Source of the DNA: Aplysia californica
Lineage: Eukaryota
DNA length: 64,000 nucleotides
Assembly (NCBI RefSeq): GCF_000002075.1
Contig: NW_004797290.1
Location: forward strand, 2,322,123 to 2,386,122
Direction: 5' to 3'
Made by a program: the position numbers and the translations under genes. Positions 1-12,603 of the stretch are shown piece after piece. The notes beneath the pieces are model-generated. The model worked only from the letters and a program-made list of their open reading frames with translations, had not been told where the DNA came from and did not search any database. Position 1 is the first letter of the stretch; each line of letters starts with the position of its first letter.

Positions 1-531
1 ATAGATTTAAACATGTTTTGGGGTGCTACATGCAGGGGCGAAGGCTGACTTGTTTGACAGGGTAATCAAAGTGAAACGGGACCAGATATAGATCTATATG
101 GCCTGTAGATATCACAGAAGAATCTTACTCGAGGCGGCGACTCTGAGTTGTGAATGAAAACAAATCCGGAATTCATATTGTATGTTCAACCGCCAAAATA
201 ATCGGGAAAGTATCTTATTAAACATCAGTTCCAACTAAAATTAAATTAACTTTAGATGTGAACACATAAACACAAAGCAAAGAAGCAGAGATGTCAGTAC
301 TAAATCTATATGTTATAGACCTACCAGAGAGTCTAACTCTTTGGTAGAACATGACAATTATCATTTTTTAAATTTCACATTTGACTGTTTTTGTTAGCCT
401 TTCGCGGCCAGGAGCTGGTGTCATAATCGAGGTCACGATCTGATTATAGGACAGTAAAAAGTCGAGGAAAAAAAACAAGCACATGCAGCAGTAAAGAGAT
501 TGTTAGGAGTTAGTTCCCCTCACATTTGTGA

Positions 532-785
532 GGTAGACTCGACCAGTGTTCGTTAGCTTACTTAATCAGGGCTTGGGATTGATTATAACTGTGGCCCCAA
601 AGGGGTGAACAGGGTATATGTGGCAATGAAACAGCCATGACTGCTATGCACATGTTCCCTCAACTGTATTGGCATTGGTAGACTCTTCCAGCCTCACTTT
701 AAGCTTACTTAATCAAAGCTTGCGACTGCTTATGGAGTGGCCTGAGAGGGGTGAGGAGGCTATTTGTGTGGCCGTGAAACCGTTT
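532..785 (+). repeat. Diverged tandem duplication, period about 145 bp
   Basis: ggtagactc...agcttacttaatca...gtggcc...aggggtga...tgtggc..tgaaac occurs at about 532-635 and 677-780. Confidence 0.7.
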
Positions 786-1184
786 TGAATGTTAGGCATA
801 CTCATTGTGGATTACGAACCTCTTTTTACTTTTAATTTAAGAGGTTTACGTTTAAGGATGAATTTGACAGTGACAATGTTTCAAAATTAGGAAGGGAAGC
901 AGTGATTATTTGATTATATAGACGCTTCGCCCCTGGCTACATGTACTGATTTATATTCAATGAAAAATTTGAAGGCATAATTGATCATTGATTCAACATA
1001 ACCTTTACTATCTATCAAAATTAGAGGAATGATAACTGTTACTGAAAACAAATACAATTATTTTAAAGATTATTTACTGGTACCCTTAAAAAGAACCATA
1101 AAAATGAAAATGAGTTAGTAGATAAGCAGTTCTTCCCTTTTTATTCAACACACACATAATTAAGAGCAGAGACAATGTCTTTAC

Positions 1185-1600
1185 CTGGAGTCATTCTAAG
1201 CCTTGCCAATCCTGGACTGACTTTGTCATCTACAAATGAAGCAACAGTGCTTATACTGCCCACTCCTGTGTACCTCCAAGGTGGAGGTGTACAAAGGCTA
1301 CTACTGGTGACATCATAATGATTTCCAGAAATAACATTTTCCTCCTTGCCGTTACTGAAAATGCGAGTACTTGTTTTGACGACAACATCAGGAGTTCTTC
1401 GATCTGAGGTACCCGACTGAACCGGCGACCTCCCAGGTCTTGAACTCGACTGAAGTGGGGATTTCCCAAGTCTTGACCGCAGATAGCAGTGAGCAAATCT
1501 TGTTTTTGGTGTTGCCTGGTACACAGGTTCCTGTACACCTGACTGACAACCAACAATCTGGGGCTGCGAATCACTTGTCATCATGTCATGCCCAAAAAAC
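1185..1600 (-). other. Candidate coding exon of an unidentified minus-strand gene
   Basis: Open frame of about 138 codons bounded by tttgtttttcag| and CAG|gtaaag on the minus strand. The peptide is Ser/Pro-rich with no recognised homology. Confidence 0.3.
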
Positions 1601-1644
1601 CTGAAAAACAAACATTTTTATAGTAGTAAGTAATCAGTTATACA

Positions 1645-1942
1645 GTAATGAATAAAGTTCAGACTTTCATCAACAGATGTATGAGGAGTATCCTAAGAAT
1701 TAAGTGGCAGGATAGAATAAGAAATGAAGAGCTGTGGGAAAGGACAGGGCAAAAGGACAGAAAGGATAAAGGAAAGGAAAGGATATATATAAAAGTACAT
1801 ATAGATAGGACTAAGAAAGTGGCGATGGATAGGACACACCTTCAGAAAGCCCAGCAGAAACATCACAAGACAGTCGCTGCAGTGGAACCCACAGGGAGCA
1901 TGAGGCAGGGGTAGGCCACGGGAAACATAGAGGGGATGTGGA
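1645..1942 (+). mobile_element. RTE-clade LINE fragment (C-terminal ORF, degenerate)
   Basis: KVQTFINRCMRSILRIKWQDRIRNEELWERT then, in another frame, [31 protein letters not shown], with stops. Confidence 0.88.
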
Positions 1943-2959
1943 AAAAATTTTCCCACACTATAGACAATACTATAATCAATAAATTATAAGTGGCATATAT
2001 ATTGAACAAGCCTGTCGTCATAAGGGAAAACCAAGAATGGTCACATGCTGGTATTATAAGGCAATTTTTTTAGGAGAGGCAGGAAAAGTCTCTCCCTTAG
2101 AACTCTTCTTTTTTTTAAAATTCTTTTATGCTGTAATGCAGCAGTTATCTGGTTAAGATGCTCATAAATCTTTTTCAAAAGTCTGCACTCTTGAGATTGA
2201 GAAAAAGCAACGTCATCTAGATCTATGCTGGATTCAGACAAAATGTCTTTTTGGCACCAATTTGTTTTATTTCGCTAAAAATTGAAAACCTGGTCAGTTA
2301 GTTACCCTACTAGTGTGAAAAAAATCAAAGTGAAACTGTGACTAGTTTTTTAATAAATCAGAATTCAAATTTGGGAAAAGCACCTTTTTAAAAGCCTCTT
2401 TAAAATCTTAAATATAAAAACTGAGCGTGCTGTGAATGAAAAAAGAAGCGTTTTGTCAGCTTATTTATGGCAGATCTAACATTGGCACTCTCTCTTATAG
2501 AGCGCAGTAACAGGTGAGCCTTGTTATGTTGTATGTGTAAAACTGACGAATGGTGCCGTTTGGCGTTCTCCCTTACACTCATCATAGATTGTTACATCGG
2601 CTTGGGCGATGGTCAGGTTGTAATGTATCATTGACAGTGATGACTGTGTACAGAGTGCTACAAAAATGTATACAAGAAGCAGGTCTTACACAAACTAATG
2701 TCGAAGTATACATGATGAAATTAAGTGTTTGTTTGAAAAATGTTACTTTTTTTTAATCAATGAAATTTTTCCGATAAAATTATTGATTTTATAATTTCCC
2801 CTCTGCATTCATCCACTGTCGTAATTATAAAAATACTGTTTTTGAAAAAAATTTATAAAAATGCAGCTTTAAAAAAAAAATCAACACCAAAACAAAAATA
2901 TAATGTTTATTTCAACAGCAGCCTTATTCCAGACAGTAAGAAATTTTTTTTGTATCTTT

Positions 2960-3360
2960 CTTTTTGTGTGTTCATGGTACATATCTGCCGCAGCCTGATC
3001 TTACAATTTGTAGTGCGGATAGGGGATCATTTATAGAGCTGTTTAATTGTTTTTTATAAAGTTGTAATCATCAATTCTTTATGTTATGATTTGGTTGAAT
3101 TTTTCTGTCTTACACCCTATAGTCTAGTTTCCAGCCTATTAGCAAACAAAGCAGCAACACGCTTTCGATCATGGAATGGTAAAAAAGGGACACAATCTTA
3201 TTATCAACATGAAAACTTCTTAATTTCCTTCAAAAGAACATTACTTTCATAATTCTTTGATTCATGCACAAGAGCAGCATAATATGGGAATGCCAGTCTC
3301 ACTTGTTGATGGTTACTCTAAGATATTTGTAGGAGTTTACAACCTCCACTTCCTCACCTT
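2960..3360 (-). mobile_element. CR1/L2-group LINE fragment (RT C-terminus, degenerate)
   Basis: Minus strand reads EVEVVNSYKYLRVTINK*...RKLRSFHVDNKIVSLFYHSMIESVL. Confidence 0.75.
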
Positions 3361-3619
3361 TAATGAATAGCAGTTACAGTTGGTCTCTTTTAACTCTTAA
3401 AGTCTATAAAATTAATTCCTTTGTCTTTTTTACATTTTTAGGAAAAGGAAATGGTTATAATCACACCAACTTGTAAAAATATATATTTTCAGAGTCCCTA
3501 TATATATTCATTCTCATTCGTTGGTATTTATAGGCCATGGAGAGTAGAATGAATCACCCACAAACTATTGATTTGATGTGTCTGATAATCGAAAGTACAA
3601 TCTTTGGTGTAGAGTGTAA

Positions 3620-4420
3620 AAACAAGACATCAGCAGCAGAAGCTTTTCAATAATCTTAAGTTTCTTTTCCATAACAACACCTCTTGGTTTTGATCTTGCT
3701 GCATTGGTGGGATCATAGTTTTTCATGAGAAAATCGAACATTCAAAGAACGAAGAAAATTTGTCTCAATCCTCGCTCACATACAACTTGAGCAATACCAC
3801 TCAGAACTTTCAGCACCCACTTTTTTCAAGTTTAAGTCATTCATCCGGATGAAAAGTTGAAGAAATCTAGAGCAGTCAATGAAATCAGTTTACAACCAGC
3901 TTTGCTGATAGCAGATTGCGATTTCCACAGTCCATTTAATAAGAAAGAGACTTTTTTTCTGTCTCACTCTAAGCTTTGCCTCAATAGTGGCTTGCATACT
4001 ATCTGCTGATATCGTGAATGAGTCACCTGGTTCGAGGAATTTGATAGTGATAGGCATTTTATGTTAGTTGACCAGATCCCTGAGCGCAGAGTGAGAAAAA
4101 TCTATAGCATCCCATTTTTATTTTGTGAAGCGAAATTGTCTGCTCAGATGGTAGTCTAGACCTAGTTGTTTCTGCATCCCTCTTACTCTTGGTCATGATA
4201 AACTTCTTGTACAAAAGCCAACACTGTGTTCTCATCCTTTCATCCTAAGATTGCCTCATCAAATGAAAGCTGTACTGTGTTTGCTATATTGGAAGAAATG
4301 ACTGCGAATGTTTGCATTGAAACAGAGTTAGATGACTGGTGAATATTGACTTAAAGAAAGGCTGACTAATGTTTTGAGTTTTGAAAGTCAAAAGCTGCTG
4401 AAGCATCCACCTTGTGTAGG
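3620..4420 (-). mobile_element. Decayed Sola1-like DDD transposase (pseudogenised)
   Basis: Ordered minus-strand motifs AFDFQ (about 4400-4383), I*ADNFASQNKN (about 4150-4115), ITIKFLEPGDSFTISADSMQATIEAK (about 4050-3975) and KPRG..EKKLKIIEKLL (about 3690-3640), with stops and frameshifts. Confidence 0.65.
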
Positions 4421-5276
4421 ATTGTCAGGCTCAGAATATATCTCTTGTTATTGTTAAAAAACACAACGCCATTCTCACACACTTCTTTAAAATTAAAAAG
4501 TTCAATATATAGGCATTATTATTATAACATTAATTGTGAATGTCACGAACTGCTTAGTTCACAGTGCTTTTGTAGTTGTAGCCTACTAGGCTACACTAAC
4601 TAGGCTACACTACTTACTCAAGTTCAAGCTTTGCAAATGAAATTCTGTTGAGAGATAATCTTAAGACACAGGAGCATGCTCTTCCACCAGACTTTTTAAC
4701 CTGTTGCTGTCCATAAATTTTACTCTCTAATTCTAAGTCTAGAATCAAATTCATGTCTGCCGCTTGTCTTGTTGTTGTAATAAACTACTTCTGCTAACAA
4801 AATAGTCTAGCCTAGGCTTATGTCAGAACGATTCTTGAATGATGAATGATTGTATGTGTTGTCCGTTAAGTCTCAAATGGCAGGTAGTCTAAGCGAGTGA
4901 ATCAAATGTTAATTACCTCGGAACTAGGGACTGAGTTAGAAAAACTCAGTATTCAAGTTGCTCTTCGGCTTTGGCGATTCTCTGGTGGATGCAGGATTCA
5001 GGCCGACCCACTCCTTGGTCTGTCTCAGGGTCAAGAACGCAATAAATACTATACGATGCACGTATTCCGGGTTTTAAAAGAGACCAAGAATAACAGCAGT
5101 TACTATGCAAAATCTGTTAGCTCTGCTTTTACTAAGCACAGTAATAAAATTTTTAAAAACCACGGAGCTTGCAGTTGAAACTGGCGGGTCTGGCTGGTTA
5201 GCGTGGGCTGTTGCTTTGTTTACTACACGAATCTTGATGAAAACGTGTTCCTTCACAAAAGATTTTCTTCTCTACC

Positions 5277-5409
5277 CACAGAATTCTACCAGAGACACTA
5301 TAATTAAATACTCTCTGATTCTACAATAGAACGGGAACTGTACCACGTGACCTGTGAGGAATTGAAGACCGAAAACAATGGCGTCTTGAGGGCACGATTT
5401 ATCGTTTTC
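5277..5409 (+). mobile_element. Partial copy (left end) of the CACAGAATTCTACACTT-TIR MITE
   Basis: cacagaattctac at 5277. Bases 5325-5408 match 9782-9864. Confidence 0.75.
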
Positions 5410-5428
5410 TCTACAAAAGAGGTTAGCC

Positions 5429-5462
5429 CGCAGAATTCTACACTTAAGTGTAGAATTCTGTG
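5429..5462. mobile_element. TIR-only remnant (17+17 bp), putative excision footprint
   Basis: cgcagaattctacactt|aagtgtagaattctgtg flanked by the 8-bp direct repeat ggttagcc. Confidence 0.85.
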
Positions 5463-6339
5463 GGTTAGCCCGAGGATACCGATTTATTTTGGTAGCCTAT
5501 TAAAAAATTCAGTAGGCTATTATGATTATTGGCCTCTTTGTTCTTCATTGGTATCTTATACGGCAAGTTTGCCTTTCACTATTGGCATATTTTGATGCAG
5601 AGATCGACGCCAATTAATTTCTTAAAAATATTACACAACAGGCGTTGTGACTTTACTGTGGCTACAACGCACGTAGCGAAATCGGCGGGGTAGGAAAATC
5701 TTCTCGCTGTTGGGCCTTTTCGAATTTTTATTCACTAGGCATGCAGTTTGTGATCGAGGGCCTTTAATTGGTGTTTCAAATACAAAGAGTATAATCAAAA
5801 CGAAGATTACAAATGTAAAGAAAAGTATTCGGGACCTGTTCACTATGAGTATGAGCATGTTTTGCANNNNNNNNNNNNNNNNNNNNNNNNNNNNNNNNNN
5901 NNNNNNNNNNNNNNNNNNNNNNNNNNNNNNNNNNNNNNNNNNNNNNNNNNNNNNNNNNNNNNNNNNNNNNNNNNNNNNNNNNNNNNNNNNNNNNNNNNNN
6001 NNNNNNNNNNNNNNNNNNNNNNNNNNNNNNNNNNNNNNNNNNNNNNNNNNNNNNNNNNNNNNNNNNNNNNNNNNNNNNNNNNNNNNNNNNNNNNNNNNNN
6101 NNNNNNNNNNNNNNNNNNNNNNNNNNNNNNNNNNNNNNNNNNNNNNNNNNNNNNNNNNNNNNNNNNNNNNNNNNNNNNNNNNNNNNNNNNNNNNNNNNNN
6201 NNNNNNNNNNNNNNNNNNNNNNNNNNNNNNNNNNNNACACTAACACACGTCCAATTGGTCGCTTTTAAAAACAAGGGAGCTATCTCAAAAATGTTGTTTT
6301 GAGAAAATCGAAGGTAAAGTTTTTAGCCCCTCGTCTTTA

Positions 6340-7900
6340 AAAGACAAGGAGAGTTATCCCTATAACCAAACAAATACACACCAATGAAACCAAAATTCTC
6401 CTAGGTAGAGCGCGCAATGCCCACTTTTGGTGCAGGTCAAGATTTCTGGAAACTTCCTTGTCCTTGTAGAAGCGACCAATTTGAAGCTGGACAAATTCTG
6501 CATCATCTGACCCATTAATAATTTATCTATGTTAAGAGACACTCGAGATGTGCTCACTCAAATCATAACTTGTGCGAAATCAAAGTTCTAAACGTAAATA
6601 AACTGTCTCGTGCGTGTATTAAGGTGCATCAACATCCATGATCAACATATATAGGCCTACTGTTGAAATGGGCATCGCACTGACTATTAAATGAAAAGAA
6701 AATATTAATGACTCCGCAATAAAAGCATCTTCTGGAAAACAGGTAGTCACAAATACTACGCAAACCTGGACTTAACTTTACATGTGCACAATTTCGTTTT
6801 TGTTTAGGAGCTAACAGTTATAGAAGTACTGGCTTGGCGTAGAGCTCGAAACCTTTTTTGCACATGGATTGTGTTAGATTTTTGACATAATCATTTGTCA
6901 GTGAGAATTATAGAGGTCACATAAAGTGCAATAATTTTGGGTGGTCTGAGGTGGAACGGAGATGACTTGTTACTTTTTTGTCTCCGGGTGGAATTAAGAA
7001 AACCGCCCCCGTTTAGTTTACTACATCGCACAAGTGCTGAAACGTCACATCTTAGGCCTACCCTTATTTTCGTCATGGTGTCCTTCAAGTATAGACATCT
7101 CATCCATGCATAGCAAAACACTCTCACTGGGCAAATGCCACGTTCTTGAAAAAACAAATCACATCAACGTTTGAGTGGTTACTTGTAAAAAGATAATAGA
7201 TGATGTCTCAATATGAATCCTGCAGGTGTATGAAGTCCCAAGAAACAGAAACGGAAGAAAAGCGAATTTGTCTCCTATTCAGACCCATTAATTGTAGCTC
7301 TCAGTGACATCTGAGATGGAATGGTAGATAATTACGGTACGTCCAAAATTTAATAGATTCGATGCCCAAATGGTTCGTGCTCTACACAAAACCAATTGCT
7401 CCTTAGCAAAATATAATAATGAGAACATTTAAGGGTCCAAGCTTTGCGTTGCGTATGGGATTGCTCTGTTTTCCAGTCAGTCTGAAACTATCGTTATAAA
7501 ATATTGTTTATTGCAGGGACAAAATTCTCCGTTCATTGGATATGCAAAGTTATAATTCTGTCAATATTGACCTTCCCCAATACACGCGCGAAGACAATTT
7601 TACGTTTATTTGATTTCGCACAATTTTGCCAAGCCCACGGAGTTTACAGTTTGTGGTAAAGGTCCTTGGCCAAGCCTGATTTTTAAGGTCGATTTTGACT
7701 GACCATAATATCTCAGGCGTCTCGTAACATAGATAAATTATTAATGTGTCAAATGATGCAGAATTTATTTAGAATCTAACTTTAAATTGGCATGCTGCAT
7801 GAGTGTGTACTGCAAGGCTTAAACACAATGATTGGGGTGATTACATTTTCAATTAATTTTTTTTTGGGGGGGTGGCGCCATTTTAAGTAGTCTCCGCTTA
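6340..7900. mobile_element. Degenerate long-inverted-repeat (foldback/MITE-like) element, ends approximate
   Basis: aaattctgcatcatctgacccattaataatttatctatgtta (about 6493-6534) is inverted at about 7726-7767, and similarity extends on both sides. Confidence 0.55.
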
Positions 7901-9665
7901 AGAACCCAGTGCTCGGGAGCAAGGAACATGCGAGATCATAGAGGCCAACGGGATCTTAGCTGACGCACAAAGGGAATAATCCAAATAGACCAAGGCGCTA
8001 TATTTACCACCTCGATGGTGACCCATGTTTAGGTCCATAACAGTAAAAATTTTAAGAGTCTCCCTTTACTCTAAAATGAACTTGCGTGACCCCTATTTGA
8101 ATTTGTGTGTTTATTCAGTGTGTTTGTTCAGTTGGCGAGCAAAGAGTGGTCAAAATGAGGCATCATTTTTACTTATTATCCTGTCGTGAGTCTCAAGATC
8201 TACGCTTATTCAGTTGCCCCTCGATCGATCCCCTTCACCTGTCTAAAATTTATATTCTTTCCACCTCTGATCCGTGTTCCCCCACTTTTGTCGTTACGCA
8301 CCATTACAAGGTAACCAAACCAAGTAAGATTCAGTCTGTCTCGCAAATTCGGGAGTAGAGACAAGACTGCCGCAATTAGTGCAATGATCAGGGAAAAGTC
8401 CACAGTTCGATGTGATCCCGCCTGGAGCGAACTTTTAGGTAGCCACCCAGCGAGTGATTAAGTTTAGGTGGAGAGCTGAGGTTGCGAGTGTGGAAAACCA
8501 AGGAGCTTTCTGTAACCTCCTTGGGGGAAAACAAACGCGTCGGTCAGTTCACACCCCAGTGTAATCCTATGGGGCAAACATTGAACCGTTTCATCGAGTT
8601 TTACACCCCCCCCCCCTGTGATGACAGTCACGAGAGTGGCTGACCTTAATTTAGTTTTAGTAAGGTTTTATGGCGCTCTCAACTGCATAAGGTGCGGATG
8701 TCAATCGGCTTACTCTGCTCACCTTTCTAGCCTCAACAACACAAAAACAAGTCGGCAAGGCACTCTGGAAATTATAGTAGTTGTCAGGAGAGTGACAAAC
8801 GTATAAAAGAAGTAGAGGAAAAAGTAGAGGAAAAATGACGATGGTAAGGAAGAGGAAAGAAAAAGTAGCAGTTCCCATTTGTTCTGGCACAGTAGTATGA
8901 GCATGACATTAATGAATCAGCTCATAATTACAATTATTATGAGCATAATAATATTTCATGTTAATACCCCCCCCCCTTCCTATGGGAAAGGCCTAAAGAC
9001 ACTTCAATCAATGGCACTGCTCTGGAGAGGAGCTGATCTTTGACGCGAAGGGGATTTCGAATCAATGATCTCAACTTTTCACTCTTAGTTGATCGGCTGT
9101 GCCCGCCTGGGTTTTTGTTCCGTGAATTATTATCTGAAATGCGTGATTTCAGTCGAATGTAGACCTTCAGGGTGAATCAGACGGGATCTCAGGGGTGACT
9201 TTTTAGAGTAAAAGTTATATTTTCTTAAAACAGTGGGATCGCAAGCGCGGGGATCTTAAGCAGAGCTAGACTACCTGCACTGTAGCCTATATACGAGGGG
9301 GATACCAAAATTTAAAAAAAAAACCTGACCATGAAGAAATAAAGGTAGATAACGCTTACATTTGGGGTGAAAGCCAACAATCATCTTCCTGGAATGCGTG
9401 TAAATTTGGGGGAAATTTCCGAATACATGTACTGGTTTTAACACCAGCGCACTGTACTGTAAGTGAATGGGGTGGCGGCTTGTTGTTCTCCATTTTCATA
9501 AAAATGGAGAAAATTGAGCACAGGGCAGTAATAAAGTTTTTGTTCGAATAAGGCAAGCAACTATACACGATATTTTTACGGAGATGCATGCCATATATGG
9601 AACTGATTGCCCACCCTACGCTGTGATAAAATTTTGGTGTAAAAAATTCAAATGTGGATTCATGG

Positions 9666-9698
9666 CACAGAATTCTACACTTAGTGTAGAATTCTGTG
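9666..9698. mobile_element. TIR-only remnant (17+16 bp), putative excision footprint
   Basis: cacagaattctacactt|agtgtagaattctgtg flanked by a perfect 8-bp repeat attcatgg. Confidence 0.88.
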
Positions 9699-9764
9699 AT
9701 TCATGGACATTGGAGATGACCACTGTGTCACTGGGATGGTCGCCTAGTGACAGTGACAGCAACA

Positions 9765-10093
9765 TCCAGAATTCTACACTTATAGAATGGGAACTGTACC
9801 ACGTGACCTGTGAGGAATTGAAGACCGAAAACAATGGCGTCTTGGGGGCACGATTTATCGTTTTCGGAAGTAACCCTATAGCTTTTAAAGCAAGAGCGGC
9901 GTTTACAAACGAGTGAAAAGTGGAACATACTATCCAGTTTGTAATTTTGAGTTACAGAATTCATTGTGCAACTAGAGATTGGAATCAAGGTTTTAAATTG
10001 TTGTGTTTTTGGGTGCAACAACAGAAAAAGCAGACATAGAGAGTTTATAAATATAAGATCTACAGAACTGTGAAAAAAGTGTAGAATTCTGTG
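9765..10093. mobile_element. 329-bp MITE with 17-bp TIRs and 8-bp TSD (P-element superfamily candidate)
   Basis: tccagaattctacactt...aagtgtagaattctgtg, TSD cagcaaca at 9757-9764 and 10094-10101. Confidence 0.85.
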
Positions 10094-11029
10094 CAGCAAC
10101 ACCAAAAGAGAATGTACGTTGCCTGAAAGGCGGGGGACAGTCGAACGTTTGAGCAAAGAAACTCGGCTTAGCAATGGACCAGTTAAACGAATCTTTGTGA
10201 TATTTCTCCAGCTTTTTTATTTTTACGATGGCGAACGACTCATTTACCCCTTATCCTGAAGATGTAATGAAATTAAAATCGAACACCCAGCCTTCTCGGG
10301 TAAGGGCTAAAAAATCTTGGAGGTCCCGTGTGCAAGTTCCGCACTTAAAAAATCCCTTAATTGGTGGTCCTAAAATCGACATAGGCTTCGGCCGCCGCGG
10401 GACAAAATTCAAAATTAATTCCTAGGGCCTACCAAACATCTAGGCCTACTTCAGTAAGACTTGACCAGAAATCCACGTGAGACTAAGAAACATAAAATAC
10501 TATTCTATATATAGCTGTTTCCGTGGTCGGCTCCGCTTTTTAAAAAACACAGATTTCGATGGTAAAAAACACCGTCGACATTATATACGAGATCGAAGAA
10601 TATACCATTAAAAGGTATTCGACAAAACAATGTTGACCTTTATAAGACTTAAAGGTGTCTTCGAGAGAAGCATGAATTCTCATGGGACTGCAGCTAAGTT
10701 AGTAACCCATGAAAACAGTGAGGACCATTTGAAAGAATAATAGTAGGCCTATTTAACAGCCTCTCCCACTTTTACTGTTAGATAGTATTTATTCATCACA
10801 TCATACCGTCAACATTTTTCTATCTCTCTTTCCCAGGNNNNNNNNNNNNNNNNNNNNNNNNNNNNNNNNNNNNNNNNNNNNNNNNNNNNNNNNNNNNNNN
10901 NNNNNNNNNNNNNNNNNNNNNNNNNNNNNNNNNNNNNNNNNNNNNNNNNNNNNNNNNNNNNNNNNNNNNNNNNNNNNNNNNNNNNNNNNNNNNNNNNNNN
11001 NNNNNNNNNNCAAACGGGGGGGGGCAAGG

Positions 11030-11131
11030 TCTACTGAAAACAAATAATATGTACATCATGCGGGGTGTTTAGGCTAAATGTCTACTGAAAACAAATAATA
11101 TGTACATCATGCCTGCTGTTTAGGCTAAATG
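11030..11131 (+). repeat. Two-copy tandem repeat, unit about 52 bp
   Basis: tctactgaaaacaaataatatgtacatcatgc....tgtttaggctaaatgt twice. Confidence 0.85.
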
Positions 11132-11809
11132 TTACTTTTTGTTAAAGCTGACAAGTATTCTAGTGAATATTTCCTGTATCTGAAAAGTAACATATTATTA
11201 CATTCACACTGTCGAAAGAAGTTAACATTTCGCGCAGGTTCATCTTCAGTAAAATTTATTAAAATCATTACGCAGAAAGCAGCGACAGGGCTTATTAGGG
11301 CCCGCCTGTTGCCCTTCATTTCGTGGCAAAGGGTTTTAGATCTATATATAACAACAACAACAACAACAACAAGGGAGGCTGTGGCCCTGGCAAAGAGCAC
11401 GCTCTTCGGGGCTCCAAACANNNNNNNNNNNNNNNNNNNNNNNNNNNNNNNNNNNNNNNNNNNNNNNNNNNNNNNNNNNNNNNNNNNNNNNNNNNNNNNN
11501 NNNNNNNNNNNNNNNNNNNNNNNNNNNNNNNNNNNNNNNNNNNNNNNNNNNNNNNNNNNNNNNNNNNNNNNNNNNNNNNNNNNNNNNNNNNNNNNNNNNN
11601 NNNNNNNNNNNNNNNNNNNNNNNNNNNNNNNNNNNNNNNNNNNNNNNNNNNNNNNNNNNNNNNNNNNNNNNNNNNNNNNNNNNNNNNNNNNNNNNNNNNN
11701 NNNNNNNNNNNNNNNNNNNNNNNNNNNNNNNNNNNNNNNNNNNNNNNNNNGTTGTGGCGGCCATGACAGTGCGAAAACTAGTAGTACAAGTCTATGGTAT
11801 GTGAATAAA

Positions 11810-11835
11810 ATCACATGACAGACATATCACATGAC
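11810..11835. promoter_or_regulatory. Two tandem ATCACATGAC (GTCATGTGAT) E-boxes, CLEAR/M-box-like, in the putative GALC promoter
   Basis: Exact 10-mer at 11810-11819 and 11826-11835, about 250 bp upstream of a candidate donor aga|gtaagt (12088). Confidence 0.45.
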
Positions 11836-12331
11836 CAAGTTTGCAAGTTCAGACTGAGGAGTTGGGTAGCTGCTTTGCTGCATCATGTCAATCATGAGTA
11901 GCTAAGACAAGTAGCACAGTACTTAGACTTAGATCTACTGCTGCACGATTAAGAAAGCTTAGTGCACTGCTGAGATGAAAGCGGAAGAGGAGCGTTTGAA
12001 ACCCTAACTTGATGACAGATTCTTTGTCCACTTTTAACATCCGAATGTGTTTATTTATTATAAAAGCAACTTTCAGTTTCAATTAGAGTAAGTCTTAATG
12101 ACTGTCGGGTCTGTTTCGATTGTTGATGGTTTAAAATGTAATACTGATGAGTTTTTTTAGTCGTAGGAAGAATTCTGAATTAGAAGGGCTGGACTTCCTT
12201 GAACTTGAAGATTCAAAATGACAATCGCATAGGCCCGATGTTCTATTAATTTTTCGCTGATCTTTTTCATTTTTTATTTGTTTGGTCTCATGTAGCCTCA
12301 ATTTTATTTATACATTTTTATATATATTCAA

Positions 12332-12400
12332 CTAGATCTAGATTTCTAGATCTAAATCTAGATCTAGATTTAGATCTAGATCTATAGTCTATAGTACTAG
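12332..12400. repeat. (TAGATC)n palindromic microsatellite
   Basis: Imperfect run of ctagat units. Confidence 0.9.
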
Positions 12401-12603
12401 ACCAGACCTAAGAGTAAGACAAGTCTAACTTAGTCTAAGTGTAAGACTGCACGTTCAAAGTCAAACCACACCGCACGTCTCACCTCTCATAATATGACAG
12501 GAGGTCCTAGGCTGCAGCCTTTACTATTAATTTTGTTATCATGAGTGTATGAGGGTCCCCTGGGGTAGTTATTTAATTATTATTAATGTACAACAACACT
12601 ATT

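Larger units (their letters stand above)
9292..10135 (+). mobile_element. Mariner transposon 5' fragment (Mos1-type HTH), interrupted by two later insertions
   Basis: TACGAGGG terminus. From 9504 it reads MEKIEHRAVIKFLFE*GK..., then IFTEMHAIYGTDCPPYAVIKFWCKKFKCG. Confidence 0.8.

Noticed and set aside
5710-6302. Long ORFs rich in X, also at 10801-11818, 20136-20496, 27933-28323, 33851-34211, 51808-52875 and 58372-58836
   Set aside because: They are open only because they run through N stretches.
8040-9235. Possible CACTA-like element with weak inverted ends (tttactctaaaa / ttttagagtaaa)
   Set aside because: The match is short and I could not define termini or a TSD.
5277-10093. Palindromic repeats containing TTCTACAC/GTGTAGA that superficially resemble CRISPR (Cas12a-type) repeats
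   Set aside because: They are dispersed rather than regularly spaced, have 8-bp TSDs, lie in a spliceosomal-intron eukaryotic context and have no cas genes. Transposon termini explain them.
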